From an uncultured Solirubrobacterales bacterium (lineage in GTDB: Bacteria; Actinomycetota; Thermoleophilia; Solirubrobacterales; 70-9), in the NCBI GenBank assembly GCA_963782345.1, contig CAWAJF010000008.1:67946-131945 (forward strand): a stretch of 64,000 nucleotides of DNA, in the 5' to 3' direction. Each line of letters starts with the position of its first letter. The first letter of the stretch is position 1. The notes under the pieces are model-generated. The model worked only from the letters and a program-made list of their open reading frames with translations, was not told the DNA's origin and did no database searches. A program made the translations under genes and the position numbers. Shown piece by piece: positions 20,661-29,639 of the stretch.

Positions 20661-21382
20661 GTCGACTGCACCTCGATCCGCCCGAAGGTCTCCTTCTGGG
20701 TCCAGGTGGCCTCGCCGCGGCGATAGAGCTCGAGCAGCGCGAACAGCGTGACCGCCTGCGTGAAGCGGTCCTCCTTGCCGAAGGCCTCGTCGAAGTCGAG
20801 TGTCCGGCGCGTGTGCAGCAGGTCCCTGACCACCCCGAGCCTGCGCTGGAGCGTCACCGTGGTGCGGATGTGGCGGGTGTCGGGCGGCGGCGGGATCGTC
20901 AGCAGATCGCCGAGGGCGACACCGACGCGGTCGGGCTCGTAGGCCTTCGTGGCGGCGTCGAGGGCGGCCCGCCGGAGCTCGGCCGGGAGCGGCGCCGAGC
21001 GGTACATGACCCCGCCCTCACGCTCGAAGCGCTCGATGAGCATCCGCGCGGCCTCGCTGTAGCGACGGTACTCGAGCATCCGGGCGAGCAGCTCGTCGGC
21101 GGCCTCCTGGGGCCCGAGCTCCTCGGTGCCCTCCTCGCTGGGCAGCAGCAGGCGCGACTTGAGCTCGCAAAGGGCGGCGATCAGCACCAGGAACTCGGTG
21201 ACCGCCTCGAGATCGAGGAGGGATTCCTCGGACTCGCCCATGTGATCGACATAAGCGACGACGATCTCCCCCAGCGGAACTTCGGCCAAAGAGATCTCCT
21301 CGCGCAGCAGCACCGCGAGCAGCAGGTCGAACGGCCCCTGGAAGACGTCGAGGTCGAGGTCGAGCTCGGAGACCGAGGTCAC
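20657..21382 (-). CDS. scpA: segregation and condensation protein A
   Basis: 241 aa with the LDVFQGPFDLLLAVLLREEISL start typical of ScpA. Confidence 0.9.
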   Translation of the reverse strand: MTSVSELDLDLDVFQGPFDLLLAVLLREEISLAEVPLGEIVVAYVDHMGESEESLLDLEAVTEFLVLIAALCELKSRLLLPSEEGTEELGPQEAADELLARMLEYRRYSEAARMLIERFEREGGVMYRSAPLPAELRRAALDAATKAYEPDRVGVALGDLLTIPPPPDTRHIRTTVTLQRRLGVVRDLLHTRRTLDFDEAFGKEDRFTQAVTLFALLELYRRGEATWTQKETFGRIEVQST

Positions 21383-21411
21383 GGGCGAAACAGTAGTCCC
21401 CGGCCCGGAAC

Positions 21412-22404
21412 CTACGGCCGGGCCGGCCCGACGCCGATCACGGATCGCACCTCGGCGAGGGTGCCGGCCGCGATCTCTCGCGCCTTCTCCGCACCGCCGC
21501 TGAGAGCCTCCTCCAGCGCCGCCTCGTCGGGCCGCAGCTCCTCGTAGCGCTCGCGCACCGGTGCCAGGTAGCCGACGACCGCCTCGGCGACGGCGCCCTT
21601 GAAGTCGCCGTATCCGGAGCCCTCGAACTCGCGCTCGATCTCCTCCTCGCTGCTTCCGCGCGTCACCGCCAGGATCTCGATCAGGTTCGCGATCCCATCC
21701 TTGCCCTCCCCCCGCCGCACCTCGGAGCCGGAGTCGGTGACCGCGCTCTTGACCTTCTTGGTGACGGTCTTGGGGTCGTCCAGGACGAGGATGGTCCCCG
21801 CCTCGCTGCCCCCGGTCGTCGACATCTTGTTCGTGGGCTCCTGCAGGTCCATGATCCGGGCGCCAACCTCCGGGATGCGGTAATCGGGCACCTCCAAGAT
21901 CGGCCCGAAGCGCTCGTTGAAGCGCCGGGCGATCTCCCTCATCAGCTCGACGTGCTGCCGCTGGTCGTCGCCAACCGGAACCTCCTGCGCCTTGTAGGCG
22001 AGCACGTCCGCCGCCATCAGCACCGGGTAGAAGAAGAGCCCCGCGGAGACCAGCTCCCGCTGCTTCGCGGACTTGTCCTTGAACTGGGTCATCCGGTTGA
22101 GGTCGCCGTGCGCCGTCAGCGCGGACAGATACCAGGTGAGCTCGGTGTGCTCGCGGACGTCGGACTGGCGGAAGAGGATGCAGCGCTCGGGATCGAGCCC
22201 GGCCGCCAGCAGGATCGCGGTCGTGTCGTAGAGGCTCTCGCGCAGGGTCGCCGGGTCCCAGGGCACCGTGAGCGCGTGCAGGTCGACGATGCAGTAGATC
22301 GCCGGATCCCCGCGGTCCTGGCCCTCGACGTACTGGCGGATCGCTCCGATGTAGTTGCCGAGGTGCTTGCGGCCCGTCGGCTGAATGCCGCTGAAGATGC
22401 GCAT
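21412..22404 (-). CDS. trpS: tryptophan--tRNA ligase
   Basis: 330 aa with the start MRIFSGIQPTGRKHLGNYIGA and the KMSTT loop. Confidence 0.95.
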   Translation of the reverse strand: MRIFSGIQPTGRKHLGNYIGAIRQYVEGQDRGDPAIYCIVDLHALTVPWDPATLRESLYDTTAILLAAGLDPERCILFRQSDVREHTELTWYLSALTAHGDLNRMTQFKDKSAKQRELVSAGLFFYPVLMAADVLAYKAQEVPVGDDQRQHVELMREIARRFNERFGPILEVPDYRIPEVGARIMDLQEPTNKMSTTGGSEAGTILVLDDPKTVTKKVKSAVTDSGSEVRRGEGKDGIANLIEILAVTRGSSEEEIEREFEGSGYGDFKGAVAEAVVGYLAPVRERYEELRPDEAALEEALSGGAEKAREIAAGTLAEVRSVIGVGPARP

Positions 22405-22433
22405 GGGCGCGGACTATAGGAACGTCGTTCGCG

Positions 22434-22850
22434 CTACGCCCAGGGACCCTGGCCGCTGATCCTCTCCGGCGTCGTCCGGATCACGTAGCCGGGGGGCGGG
22501 TCGTCCATGGGCGGAAACTTCACGTCCGGGCCCATGTAGACATGCGCCAGGCGCTGCAGCAGCTCAGGGGCTCCGCCTTCCTGAATCCGGGCGGTTCCCT
22601 TGATGACGAGGTACGTCGCCAGCCCGATGTCGCTCAGGCCCTCCCCCTCGATCGAGATCGAGACGCGGGGGTCGCGCTCGACGTTCTTCACCTTCTGGTA
22701 GCGGTCGAGGTGGCCGGTGACGAGCTCGCCGTCCTCCAGGCCAACCCAGACGCAGGTCACCTGCGGGCTCCCATCGGGGTTCAGGGTGACCATGTGGGCG
22801 AGCGCCTTGGACTCGATCAGCTCTCGCGCCTCTGGATGGAGGTCGGTCAT
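22434..22850 (-). CDS. PPOX-class (F420/FMN-binding split-barrel) protein
   Basis: 138 aa with TLNPDGSPQVTCVWVGLEDGELV...NVERDPRVSISI. Confidence 0.75.
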   Translation of the reverse strand: MTDLHPEARELIESKALAHMVTLNPDGSPQVTCVWVGLEDGELVTGHLDRYQKVKNVERDPRVSISIEGEGLSDIGLATYLVIKGTARIQEGGAPELLQRLAHVYMGPDVKFPPMDDPPPGYVIRTTPERISGQGPWA

Positions 22851-22859
22851 CGCCGTAGC

Positions 22860-24488
22860 TTATGCCGGTTCCGCCACGGGCTCGCGCTCGTCCTCAGGCC
22901 GGCCGGCATCATCGAGATGCTCCGGGCAATGGGCGCATTCGCCGGCCGTTGCCGCACCGGGCGCTTCGTACTCGGTCTCACGCCGTGGGTTGCGAAGGCC
23001 GATTCCCGCGATCACCCCGCCGATGATCATCAGGATGCCCCCCGCCGCGAGCCCCAGGTGGAACGACTTGGTGGACGCGTCGGTGACGGCGTCGCCGACC
23101 GTGGCGGCCTCGGTCGCCGCCAGGCCCGCGGTATCGGCGGCGCCGAGGGGCTTGTCCTTGGCTTTCGAGACGGCCCGTTGCGCCTGTGGCGAGAGCTGTG
23201 ATCCCGTGAGGTTGTCGTCGATCGTCGAGGTGAAGCTGCCCGCGATCAGGGCGCCGAGGATCGCGATCGCCAGCAGGCCCGCGATGCGCGAGACCCCGTT
23301 GTTGATCCCCGAGGCGACGCCGACCTGGTGCTCCGGAACCGAGTTGAGCGCGGTCGCGGTGAGCGGCGCGACCGTCGCCGAGAGCCCGAGGCCGAAGACC
23401 AGGATCGCGGGGAGCACCTCGGTGACGTAGTTCGGATCGGATCCGACCCGCATCATCAGCAACAACCCGATCCCGCCCACGATCGGACCGACCGACATCG
23501 GCAGGCGCGGCCCGACCGCCGTCGAGAGCCTGCCGAACCGGGGCGAGAGACCGAAGAGGATCAGAGAGATCGGCGTGGTCGCGAGACCGGCCTCGATCGC
23601 CGTGTAGCCGGCCGTCTGCTGGAGGAACAGGGTGATGAAGAAGAAGGCCCCGATCAGTCCGGCGTAGACGACCAGCGTCTCGATGTTGGTGATCGAGAAG
23701 TTCCTGACCTTGAACAGGCTGAGATCGAGCATCGCGTGGCGGTACCGCGACTCCCAGACGAGGAAGAAGGCGAAGATCGCGATGCCCGCGATCAGGGAGC
23801 CGTAGACCATCGGATCCCCCCAGCCATGGGTGGGCTGCTGGATCAGCGCCATCACCGGGAGGCCGAGGCCCACCGCGGAGGCGAGGATCCCGAGCCCGTC
23901 GATGTGGCGGTCGGCGTCGGGGTTGACGCTCTCACGGACGCTGCGCTGCGCGAGCAGCATCGTCAACACGATCAGCGGGACGTTCACCCAGAAGATCGCG
24001 CGCCAGGAGAACGCCTCGACCAGGGCGCCGCCACCGGCCGGCCCGAGCACGGTGGCGATCCCCGTCCAGGCGGTCCAGGTGCCGACCGCCCGGCCGCGTT
24101 CCTCACCCTCGAAGGTCGCCGCGAGAATGGCCAGCGACCCGGGCACGAGCAGGGCGCCCGCGAAACCCTGGAGGGCCCGCGCTCCGATCAGGATCCCGGT
24201 CGACGGCGCGATCGCGCAGAGGATCGAGGTGACGCCGAACAGCCCCAGCCCGAGGATGAAGATGCGCCGCCGCCCGAACTGATCGCCGAGCGAGCCGCCC
24301 ACGAGGAGGAGGGAGACCAGCGCGAGCAGGTATGCCTCGACCACCCACTGCTGGGCGGCGAGCCCAACGCCGAGATCGTTGCTGAGGGCGGGAAGCGCGA
24401 CGTTGACCACGGTCGCGTCGAGGAAGACGACCGTCGAGCCCATGATCGTCGCGATGATCGTCCACCGATTCCGGCTCGCGTCAGACAA
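22860..24488 (-). CDS. MFS transporter, DHA2 (EmrB/QacA-like, 14-TMS) family
   Basis: 542 aa with many hydrophobic segments, the MFS motif GSLGDQFGRRRIF and a long C-terminal tail. Confidence 0.85.
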   Translation of the reverse strand: MSDASRNRWTIIATIMGSTVVFLDATVVNVALPALSNDLGVGLAAQQWVVEAYLLALVSLLLVGGSLGDQFGRRRIFILGLGLFGVTSILCAIAPSTGILIGARALQGFAGALLVPGSLAILAATFEGEERGRAVGTWTAWTGIATVLGPAGGGALVEAFSWRAIFWVNVPLIVLTMLLAQRSVRESVNPDADRHIDGLGILASAVGLGLPVMALIQQPTHGWGDPMVYGSLIAGIAIFAFFLVWESRYRHAMLDLSLFKVRNFSITNIETLVVYAGLIGAFFFITLFLQQTAGYTAIEAGLATTPISLILFGLSPRFGRLSTAVGPRLPMSVGPIVGGIGLLLMMRVGSDPNYVTEVLPAILVFGLGLSATVAPLTATALNSVPEHQVGVASGINNGVSRIAGLLAIAILGALIAGSFTSTIDDNLTGSQLSPQAQRAVSKAKDKPLGAADTAGLAATEAATVGDAVTDASTKSFHLGLAAGGILMIIGGVIAGIGLRNPRRETEYEAPGAATAGECAHCPEHLDDAGRPEDEREPVAEPA

Positions 24489-24588
24489 GACCGGTCGAGT
24501 CTACGCAGGCACCGTGTTCGGCCGAGACGGATTCCGTGGTTACCCCCCTTGTGTGCCGGCCTGTCGGGCGACAGACTGACGACGTTCC

Positions 24589-25341
24589 ATGAGGACGAGG
24601 GTGATCTTCATCGCACTGGCGGCCGCCACGCTGGCCGCCGTCCCGGGCGGCAGCGCCGCTGCTCGGCGTGCTTCCCCGCCGCGGACTGGCGGCGGCGGAC
24701 GTGTGGTCATGCCCACCGGCTGCACGCACGGCGGCGCGCATTTCGTCAGGAGCGGTCCGCGCGGGAGAAAGCGGATCGCGATCGGGTTCGACGATGGCCC
24801 GAGCGATTACACGGCGCGCGTCCTGCGCGTGCTGCGCCGCTTCGACTCGCACGCGACCTTCTTCGAGATCGGGCAGGAGACCTCGGGGCGCGCGGCGATC
24901 ATGAAGAAGATCCTCCGGCAGGGAAACGAGATCGGCAATCACTCGCTCCACCACGAGGTCAGTCCGTCGTCCGCGTCGCTCCACGCGACGGACCGGCTGA
25001 TCCGCAGGGCCACCGGCTTCCGGCCGTGCGACTTCCGGCCGCCGGATGGCTCGGTGAACAGCGGCCTGATCGCGCGTGCGCACGCCCAGCATCTGGTCAC
25101 TGTCAACTGGGACGTCGACCCGCGCGACTGGGCCACTCCGGGCACCGGAGCGATCGCCTCGAACGTGATCCACAACGCCCGCAACGGCTCGATCGTCGTC
25201 ATGCACGACGGCGGAGGCAACCGGAGCGAGACGATCGCCGCGCTCCCGGCGATCCTCTCCCACTTCCGCCACCGCGGCTACAAGTTCGTCACCGTGGCCG
25301 AGCTCTTGGGCCACAAGTTTCTGTACCCGGCTTCGCCGTAG
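24589..25341 (+). CDS. polysaccharide deacetylase (NodB homology), secreted
   Basis: 250 aa with a signal peptide and the motifs FDDGPSDYT, HSLHH, RPPDG and VMHDGG. Confidence 0.85.
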   Translation: MRTRVIFIALAAATLAAVPGGSAAARRASPPRTGGGGRVVMPTGCTHGGAHFVRSGPRGRKRIAIGFDDGPSDYTARVLRVLRRFDSHATFFEIGQETSGRAAIMKKILRQGNEIGNHSLHHEVSPSSASLHATDRLIRRATGFRPCDFRPPDGSVNSGLIARAHAQHLVTVNWDVDPRDWATPGTGAIASNVIHNARNGSIVVMHDGGGNRSETIAALPAILSHFRHRGYKFVTVAELLGHKFLYPASP

Positions 25342-25344
25342 AAC

Positions 25345-25377
25345 GGGTTGCTCCTCGGCTTCGCCTGCGGAGCACCC
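25345..25377. terminator. bulged hairpin between convergent deacetylase and fetB-like genes
   Basis: GGGTTGCTCC ... GGAGCACCC, a 9-bp stem with one bulged T and a 14-nt loop. It fills the gap between the two stop codons. Function is inferred. Confidence 0.3.
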
Positions 25378-26163
25378 TCACACCTCGGGCGGCTCCCGCA
25401 GCTGGTGGGCCGGCGTGAAGAAGTTCCGCCGCGCCAGCGTGATCGCCATCAGCGCCGCGATCGAGACGGCGCCGAGCAGCACGTACAGGAGGATGAGCTG
25501 AAGCCGGACGGCGTCCGTCGGGTTGGCTCCCGCGAGGAGCATGCCGACCATCGTCCCGGGGAAGAAGATCAGCCCCGTCGTCTTGGTCGAGTCGACCAGC
25601 GTGATCATCCCGGAGCGCAGGCTGCGGCGGACCAGCGGCGTGACCGCCTGCGTGGAGGTCGCGCCGAGCGCGAGCGTCGCCTCGATCTTGCGGGCCTGGT
25701 CATTGACGTCTTCTCCGAGCCGGTTCAGGGCGACCGCGGCGGCGGTCATCGAGTTGCCGATCACCATTCCTCCGACCGGAACCAGGTAGCGCGGCGTGGC
25801 CGGGAAGATGCCGAGGGCGATCACGAGGCCGAGCGTCGCGGCGGCCGCCACGGCAAGGGACACGAGGAGCGGCCAGAAGGCGTTCGGCACCAGACTCGCG
25901 CGATGGCGGGCGGTGAACGCCCCGAAGACCACCATCACCGTGATCAGGGCGAGGACGAGGAGCGCGGAGTCCTGGTCGAAGATCAGGGTGATCACGTAGC
26001 CGATCGCCGTCAGCTGAATCAAGGACCGAACGACGGCGATCCCGATGTCCTCCTCGAGCCCCGCGTGCCAGGCGCGCGACGCGATCGCGGCGATCGCGAC
26101 CAGCGCGAGCGCTGCGGCCACCTCGCCGAGGGTGACGTGGATCGAGGAGGCCGCGAGGATCAA
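25378..26163 (-). CDS. ABC exporter permease, FetB/YbbM (UPF0014) family
   Basis: 261 aa, polytopic, with the N-terminal region RSLIQLTAIGYVITLIF typical of FetB-like proteins. Its start overlaps the stop of the ATPase gene. Confidence 0.8.
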   Translation of the reverse strand: MILAASSIHVTLGEVAAALALVAIAAIASRAWHAGLEEDIGIAVVRSLIQLTAIGYVITLIFDQDSALLVLALITVMVVFGAFTARHRASLVPNAFWPLLVSLAVAAAATLGLVIALGIFPATPRYLVPVGGMVIGNSMTAAAVALNRLGEDVNDQARKIEATLALGATSTQAVTPLVRRSLRSGMITLVDSTKTTGLIFFPGTMVGMLLAGANPTDAVRLQLILLYVLLGAVSIAALMAITLARRNFFTPAHQLREPPEV

Positions 26164-26858
26164 GATCCGTCCTCAGCCGCGGCGATCGCGGGCTCACCCG
26201 GCTGGGCGAGCATCTCGGCAGCGGAGCCCTCGGCCGTCACCGTGCCACCCTCGATCCGGACGACGTGGTCCGCCAGCCGGCGTGCCTGCTCGACGTCATG
26301 GGTGACGACGACGATCGAGATCGCGGTTCGCGCTCGCAACCCCTGGAGCGTCGCCTCCACCGCATCGCGGGCGGACTGATCGAGCGCCGAGGTCGGCTCG
26401 TCCAGAAGCAGCACTCGCGGCTCCAGGGCCAGGGCCCGTGCCAGCATCACTCGCTGCTGCTCGCCCACCGAGAGCTTGGACGCGTCGCGGCCCTCAAACG
26501 CTGGATCGAGTCCGGCCAGCTCGAGGCAGCTCCGGGCATCGAAGCTGTGCCCTGCCAGACGAGCGCCGTACGCGACGTTGTCGTGGACCGTTCCGTCGAT
26601 CAGCGCGGGAAGCTGCGGGACCAGGCTGACCTCGCGGCGCAGCTCCAGCGGGTCGAGCTCGCGGACGTCCTTGCCCTCGTAGACGACGCGCCCGGAGTCC
26701 GGGTCGGCGAGCCGGTTGAGCAACCGGAGGAGGGTCGACTTGCCGCTTCCGGAGGGCCCCACGATCGAGCTCGCGCCCACCGGCAGGCGAACGTCGAGAT
26801 CGCGAAGCACAAGCTTTCCGCCTCGCGAGTAGCGGACCTTCTCGAGATCGAAGAGCAC
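26160..26858 (-). CDS. ABC transporter ATP-binding protein (FetA-like)
   Basis: ORF 26160..27815. The ABC domain starts at GTG 26858 (VLFDLEKV). It has Walker A GPSGSGKST, signature LSVGEQQR and Walker B LLLDEPTSALD. The upstream part of the ORF is antisense to the ligase gene. Confidence 0.85.
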   Translation of the reverse strand: MLFDLEKVRYSRGGKLVLRDLDVRLPVGASSIVGPSGSGKSTLLRLLNRLADPDSGRVVYEGKDVRELDPLELRREVSLVPQLPALIDGTVHDNVAYGARLAGHSFDARSCLELAGLDPAFEGRDASKLSVGEQQRVMLARALALEPRVLLLDEPTSALDQSARDAVEATLQGLRARTAISIVVVTHDVEQARRLADHVVRIEGGTVTAEGSAAEMLAQPGEPAIAAAEDGS

Positions 26859-26957
26859 CGTCCGATTATCCGACTCGGGTCTAAATCCACCCGCATAATC
26901 GGTGCCGTGCCGAAGGCAGAGGCCAAGTCGCCGCTGGAGAACGCCCCGAAGGAGAAG

Positions 26958-27953
26958 ATGCCGAGCAGGCTCGACGCGATGCTCGCCAGGCCGGGCGAGG
27001 TCCCGGAGTCGGACTCGGACGAGTGGGCCTACGAGATCAAGTGGGACGGCGTCCGCGTCGTCGGCTATGCCGATCACGGCAAGTGGAGCATGCTCAGCCG
27101 CCGCCTCGAGGACGTCAGCGCCCGCTACCCGGAGCTGGCGGAGATCGCGGAGGTGCTCGGAGACCGCTCCGCGATCCTCGACGGCGAGGTCGTGGCGCTC
27201 GACGCCGAGGGCCGGCCGCGCTTCCAGCTGATCCAGAGCCGCATGGGCCTCACGTCCCCGGCGGCGGTCAAGGCGAAGATGAAGCAGCAGCCGGTCGACT
27301 ACGTGATCTTCGACCTGCTCCACCTCGACGGACACTGCGTGCGCGAGCTGCCGTACATCCAGCGGCGCGAGCTGCTCGACGGCCTCGGGCTCGACGGCCC
27401 GCGCTGGCGCACCCCCCGCTACCGCCACGGCGGGGGCGCGGACCTCCTCGAGGCCGCCCGCCGGCAGGGACTGGAGGGAATCGTCTCGAAGCGATGCGAC
27501 AGCCCGTACCGGCCCGGCAAGCGCACCGGCGAGTGGATCAAGACGCGCGTCTGGCGCCGGCAGGAGTTCGTGATCGGCGGCTACATCCCCGGCGAGGGCC
27601 GGCGCGCGAAGCGGGTCGGCTCGCTGCTGGTCGGCTACTACGACAAGCGGAAATCGGAGCTCGGCAAGCGCGGGACCCAGACGCTCCGTTTCGCCGGCGG
27701 CGTCGGCTCGGGCCTGAAGGAGAGCGACCTCGACTTCCTGGCGAAGGAGCTGCGAAAGCGTGAGCGCGCGGAGAGTCCGTTCGACGTGGGTGCGCCAACC
27801 GGGCCGAAGGCCCACTTCGCGGTCTGGTGCGAGCCCGAGCTCCTCTGCGAGGTCTCCTGGACGGAGTGGACCAATCAGGGAACCCTGAGACAGCCCGCCT
27901 TCAAGGGCATGCGCGACGACAAGGACCCGCGCGAGGTGGTCCGCGAGGGGTAG
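26958..27953 (+). CDS. ligD: ATP-dependent DNA ligase (stand-alone LigD ligase-domain type, NHEJ)
   Basis: ORF 26265..27953. The ligase core begins MPSRLDAML, with adenylation motif EIKWDGVR, then EGIVSKR and an OB domain. ATG 26958 is preceded by AAGGAG. An in-frame GTG at 26907 is an alternative start. Confidence 0.85.
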   Translation: MPSRLDAMLARPGEVPESDSDEWAYEIKWDGVRVVGYADHGKWSMLSRRLEDVSARYPELAEIAEVLGDRSAILDGEVVALDAEGRPRFQLIQSRMGLTSPAAVKAKMKQQPVDYVIFDLLHLDGHCVRELPYIQRRELLDGLGLDGPRWRTPRYRHGGGADLLEAARRQGLEGIVSKRCDSPYRPGKRTGEWIKTRVWRRQEFVIGGYIPGEGRRAKRVGSLLVGYYDKRKSELGKRGTQTLRFAGGVGSGLKESDLDFLAKELRKRERAESPFDVGAPTGPKAHFAVWCEPELLCEVSWTEWTNQGTLRQPAFKGMRDDKDPREVVREG

Positions 27954-28043
27954 GGCCTCAGGCGAGATCCGTGCTCAACACCTATGTGCGACCCGCAACG
28001 AGCCCCGATGCGGCAACAGGCGACGCGGCGTAAGTTCGGCGAC

Positions 28044-28313
28044 ATGATGCTCGCACTGTCCTTGGCCGATGCTTGGGACATGCACAACAACGACATCGGA
28101 ACGGGATGGATGATTGTGATGATGCTCGGAATGGTTCTCTTCTGGGGCTTGGTGATCCTTGGGGTGATCTGGCTGGTGCGCGAATACGGTCATCCCTCCC
28201 GCCGATCGGCTGGCCCGGATGATCCGGTGACGATCCTCGAACGGCGCTTTGCGAACGGTGAGATCACGGCCAAGGAGTACGAGGAGCGACGCAGGGTTCT
28301 GACCCGCAGCTAG
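28044..28313 (+). CDS. SHOCT-domain membrane protein
   Basis: ORF 27984..28313 with one hydrophobic helix (MIVMMLGMVLFWGLVILGVIWLV) and the C-terminal SHOCT motif ILERRFANGEITAKEYEERRRVL. I start at ATG 28044; 27984 is also possible. GC content is visibly lower than in neighbouring genes. Confidence 0.7.
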   Translation: MMLALSLADAWDMHNNDIGTGWMIVMMLGMVLFWGLVILGVIWLVREYGHPSRRSAGPDDPVTILERRFANGEITAKEYEERRRVLTRS

Positions 28314-28327
28314 TCGCGCCCTCTTCG

Positions 28328-29182
28328 GTGGCAACGCACGGCGATCAGACCGAGACGACGAGCACGTTCGTCTTCGCTGATCTCGCCGGCTTCACCGCCC
28401 TGACTGAGGCTCACGGCGATTCATCGGCGAGCAGGATCGCCGCCGACTTCGTTTCGAGCGTGCGCCGGATTCTCGCCGACTACGACGCTGAGGAGGTGAA
28501 GACGATCGGCGATGAGGTGATGATCCGCGCCGCCGACCCGGACACCGCCGTGCGGATCGGGCTTGAGATCGTTGACCGGCTGGCCTTTCATCGCTCACCC
28601 CCGGTGCGGGTCGGGATGCACTCGGGCCCGGCGATCCACCGCGACGGCGACTGGTTCGGCTCCACGGTGAACGTCGCCTCTCGGGTCGCGGACGCAGCCA
28701 AGCCCGGCGAGATCTTGCTCACGGGCGCGACTCGCAGCCAGCTCGGTGATGGTTTCAACTGCGAGCCGCGCGGGGCGCGCTACTTGAAGCACGTCCCCGA
28801 GCTCGTTTCCGTCTACGGCGTCGCTGGATCGAGCTCAAGGGAGCGGTTGGAGATCGACCCCGTTTGCCGGATGGCCGTCTCGATCGCACGGGCCCACTCA
28901 TCCAGGAAGCGGCGGGGCATCGCCTACTACTTCTGCTCGCCCGCGTGCCGGCATCAGTTCGATCAGGCTCCTCGCCGCTACGTCGCGCTCAGCCCGGCCG
29001 CCCGGACAGCCCGACGCGGCTTCCTGATCAATCTCGCCGCCTTCGCCGCGATCGGCGGCGCCCATCTGATCGTCTGGGCAGGCCGCAGCTTCGAGCGTCC
29101 AAGCGTCGCGATGCTGATTCTCTTCGCTGCCTGGGCGATCGCACTCGGCTTCCACTACCGCCTCGTCCGCCAAACGCTCTAG
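28328..29182 (+). CDS. class III nucleotidyl cyclase fused to a YHS metal-binding domain and a 2TM membrane module
   Basis: 284 aa. The cyclase has metal Asp residues (FVFADLAGFT, KTIGDEVM) and the N/R pair (GSTVNVASRV). The YHS domain reads DPVCRMAV...YYFCSPACRHQF. Two C-terminal hydrophobic helices follow. Confidence 0.8.
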   Translation: MATHGDQTETTSTFVFADLAGFTALTEAHGDSSASRIAADFVSSVRRILADYDAEEVKTIGDEVMIRAADPDTAVRIGLEIVDRLAFHRSPPVRVGMHSGPAIHRDGDWFGSTVNVASRVADAAKPGEILLTGATRSQLGDGFNCEPRGARYLKHVPELVSVYGVAGSSSRERLEIDPVCRMAVSIARAHSSRKRRGIAYYFCSPACRHQFDQAPRRYVALSPAARTARRGFLINLAAFAAIGGAHLIVWAGRSFERPSVAMLILFAAWAIALGFHYRLVRQTL

Positions 29183-29292
29183 AGCCCGATTGCGCTCAGG
29201 TCCGACCCGGCACGGACCTGCTCGAGCCCCGCTTCAAGGTCGTCGGTGGTGCGCGGGTGATCCGGTTCGCTTTTCTTCTCGATTACGGTCAT
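29179..29292 (-). CDS. hypothetical 37-aa protein
   Basis: ATG 29292 is preceded by AAGGAG at 6-nt spacing. The product is MTVIEKKSEPDHPRTTDDLEAGLEQVRAGSDLSAIGL. 28 of 36 codons end in G/C. Its stop shares a CTAG with the stop of the convergent cyclase gene. Not in the ORF track because it is under 60 aa. Confidence 0.3.
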   Translation of the reverse strand: MTVIEKKSEPDHPRTTDDLEAGLEQVRAGSDLSAIGL

Positions 29293-29639
29293 CTGCCGCT
29301 CCTTGGATGTTGTGGCGTTCATTACCGCACGGGCAGCCTCCGTTCGTGTCGGGCACTGAACACCGATCTCGCCTCGGAGGAGACTGGTTAGACGCACTCC
29401 GTGGAAAGCCGAAAGGAGGCGCGATATGGGCTTTGGCCTGCTGAGCGCGGATTCCGCCGGTCCTGGTCTCCATGCGGAGGGCACTGACCTTCGCCGGCAA
29501 TGTGGGGGCACCGGCACCGATGACTCTTGGGCAAGGGGGAGGTCATATGGGATACGGACGCAAGCGAGCGCCCGGTTGACGAGAGCATCCCAGGGGTAAT
29601 CTCCGCAATGTCGAAGGATTCGGATCGAGGTGATTGAGC

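Noticed and set aside
29426-29599. A 57-codon plus-strand ORF with a very good Shine-Dalgarno sequence (AAAGGAGG, 7 nt before ATG 29426) upstream of ku.
   Set aside because: Roughly a third of its codons end in A/T, which is far from the coding bias of this genome. The product is Gly/Arg/Ser-rich with no motif. It is more likely a non-coding leader or promoter region.
29576-29602. A candidate ku promoter: TTGACG, a 15-nt spacer, then TAATCT.
   Set aside because: The hexamers look good, but the 15-nt spacer is shorter than usual and I cannot verify a TSS. It is therefore not reported as a feature.
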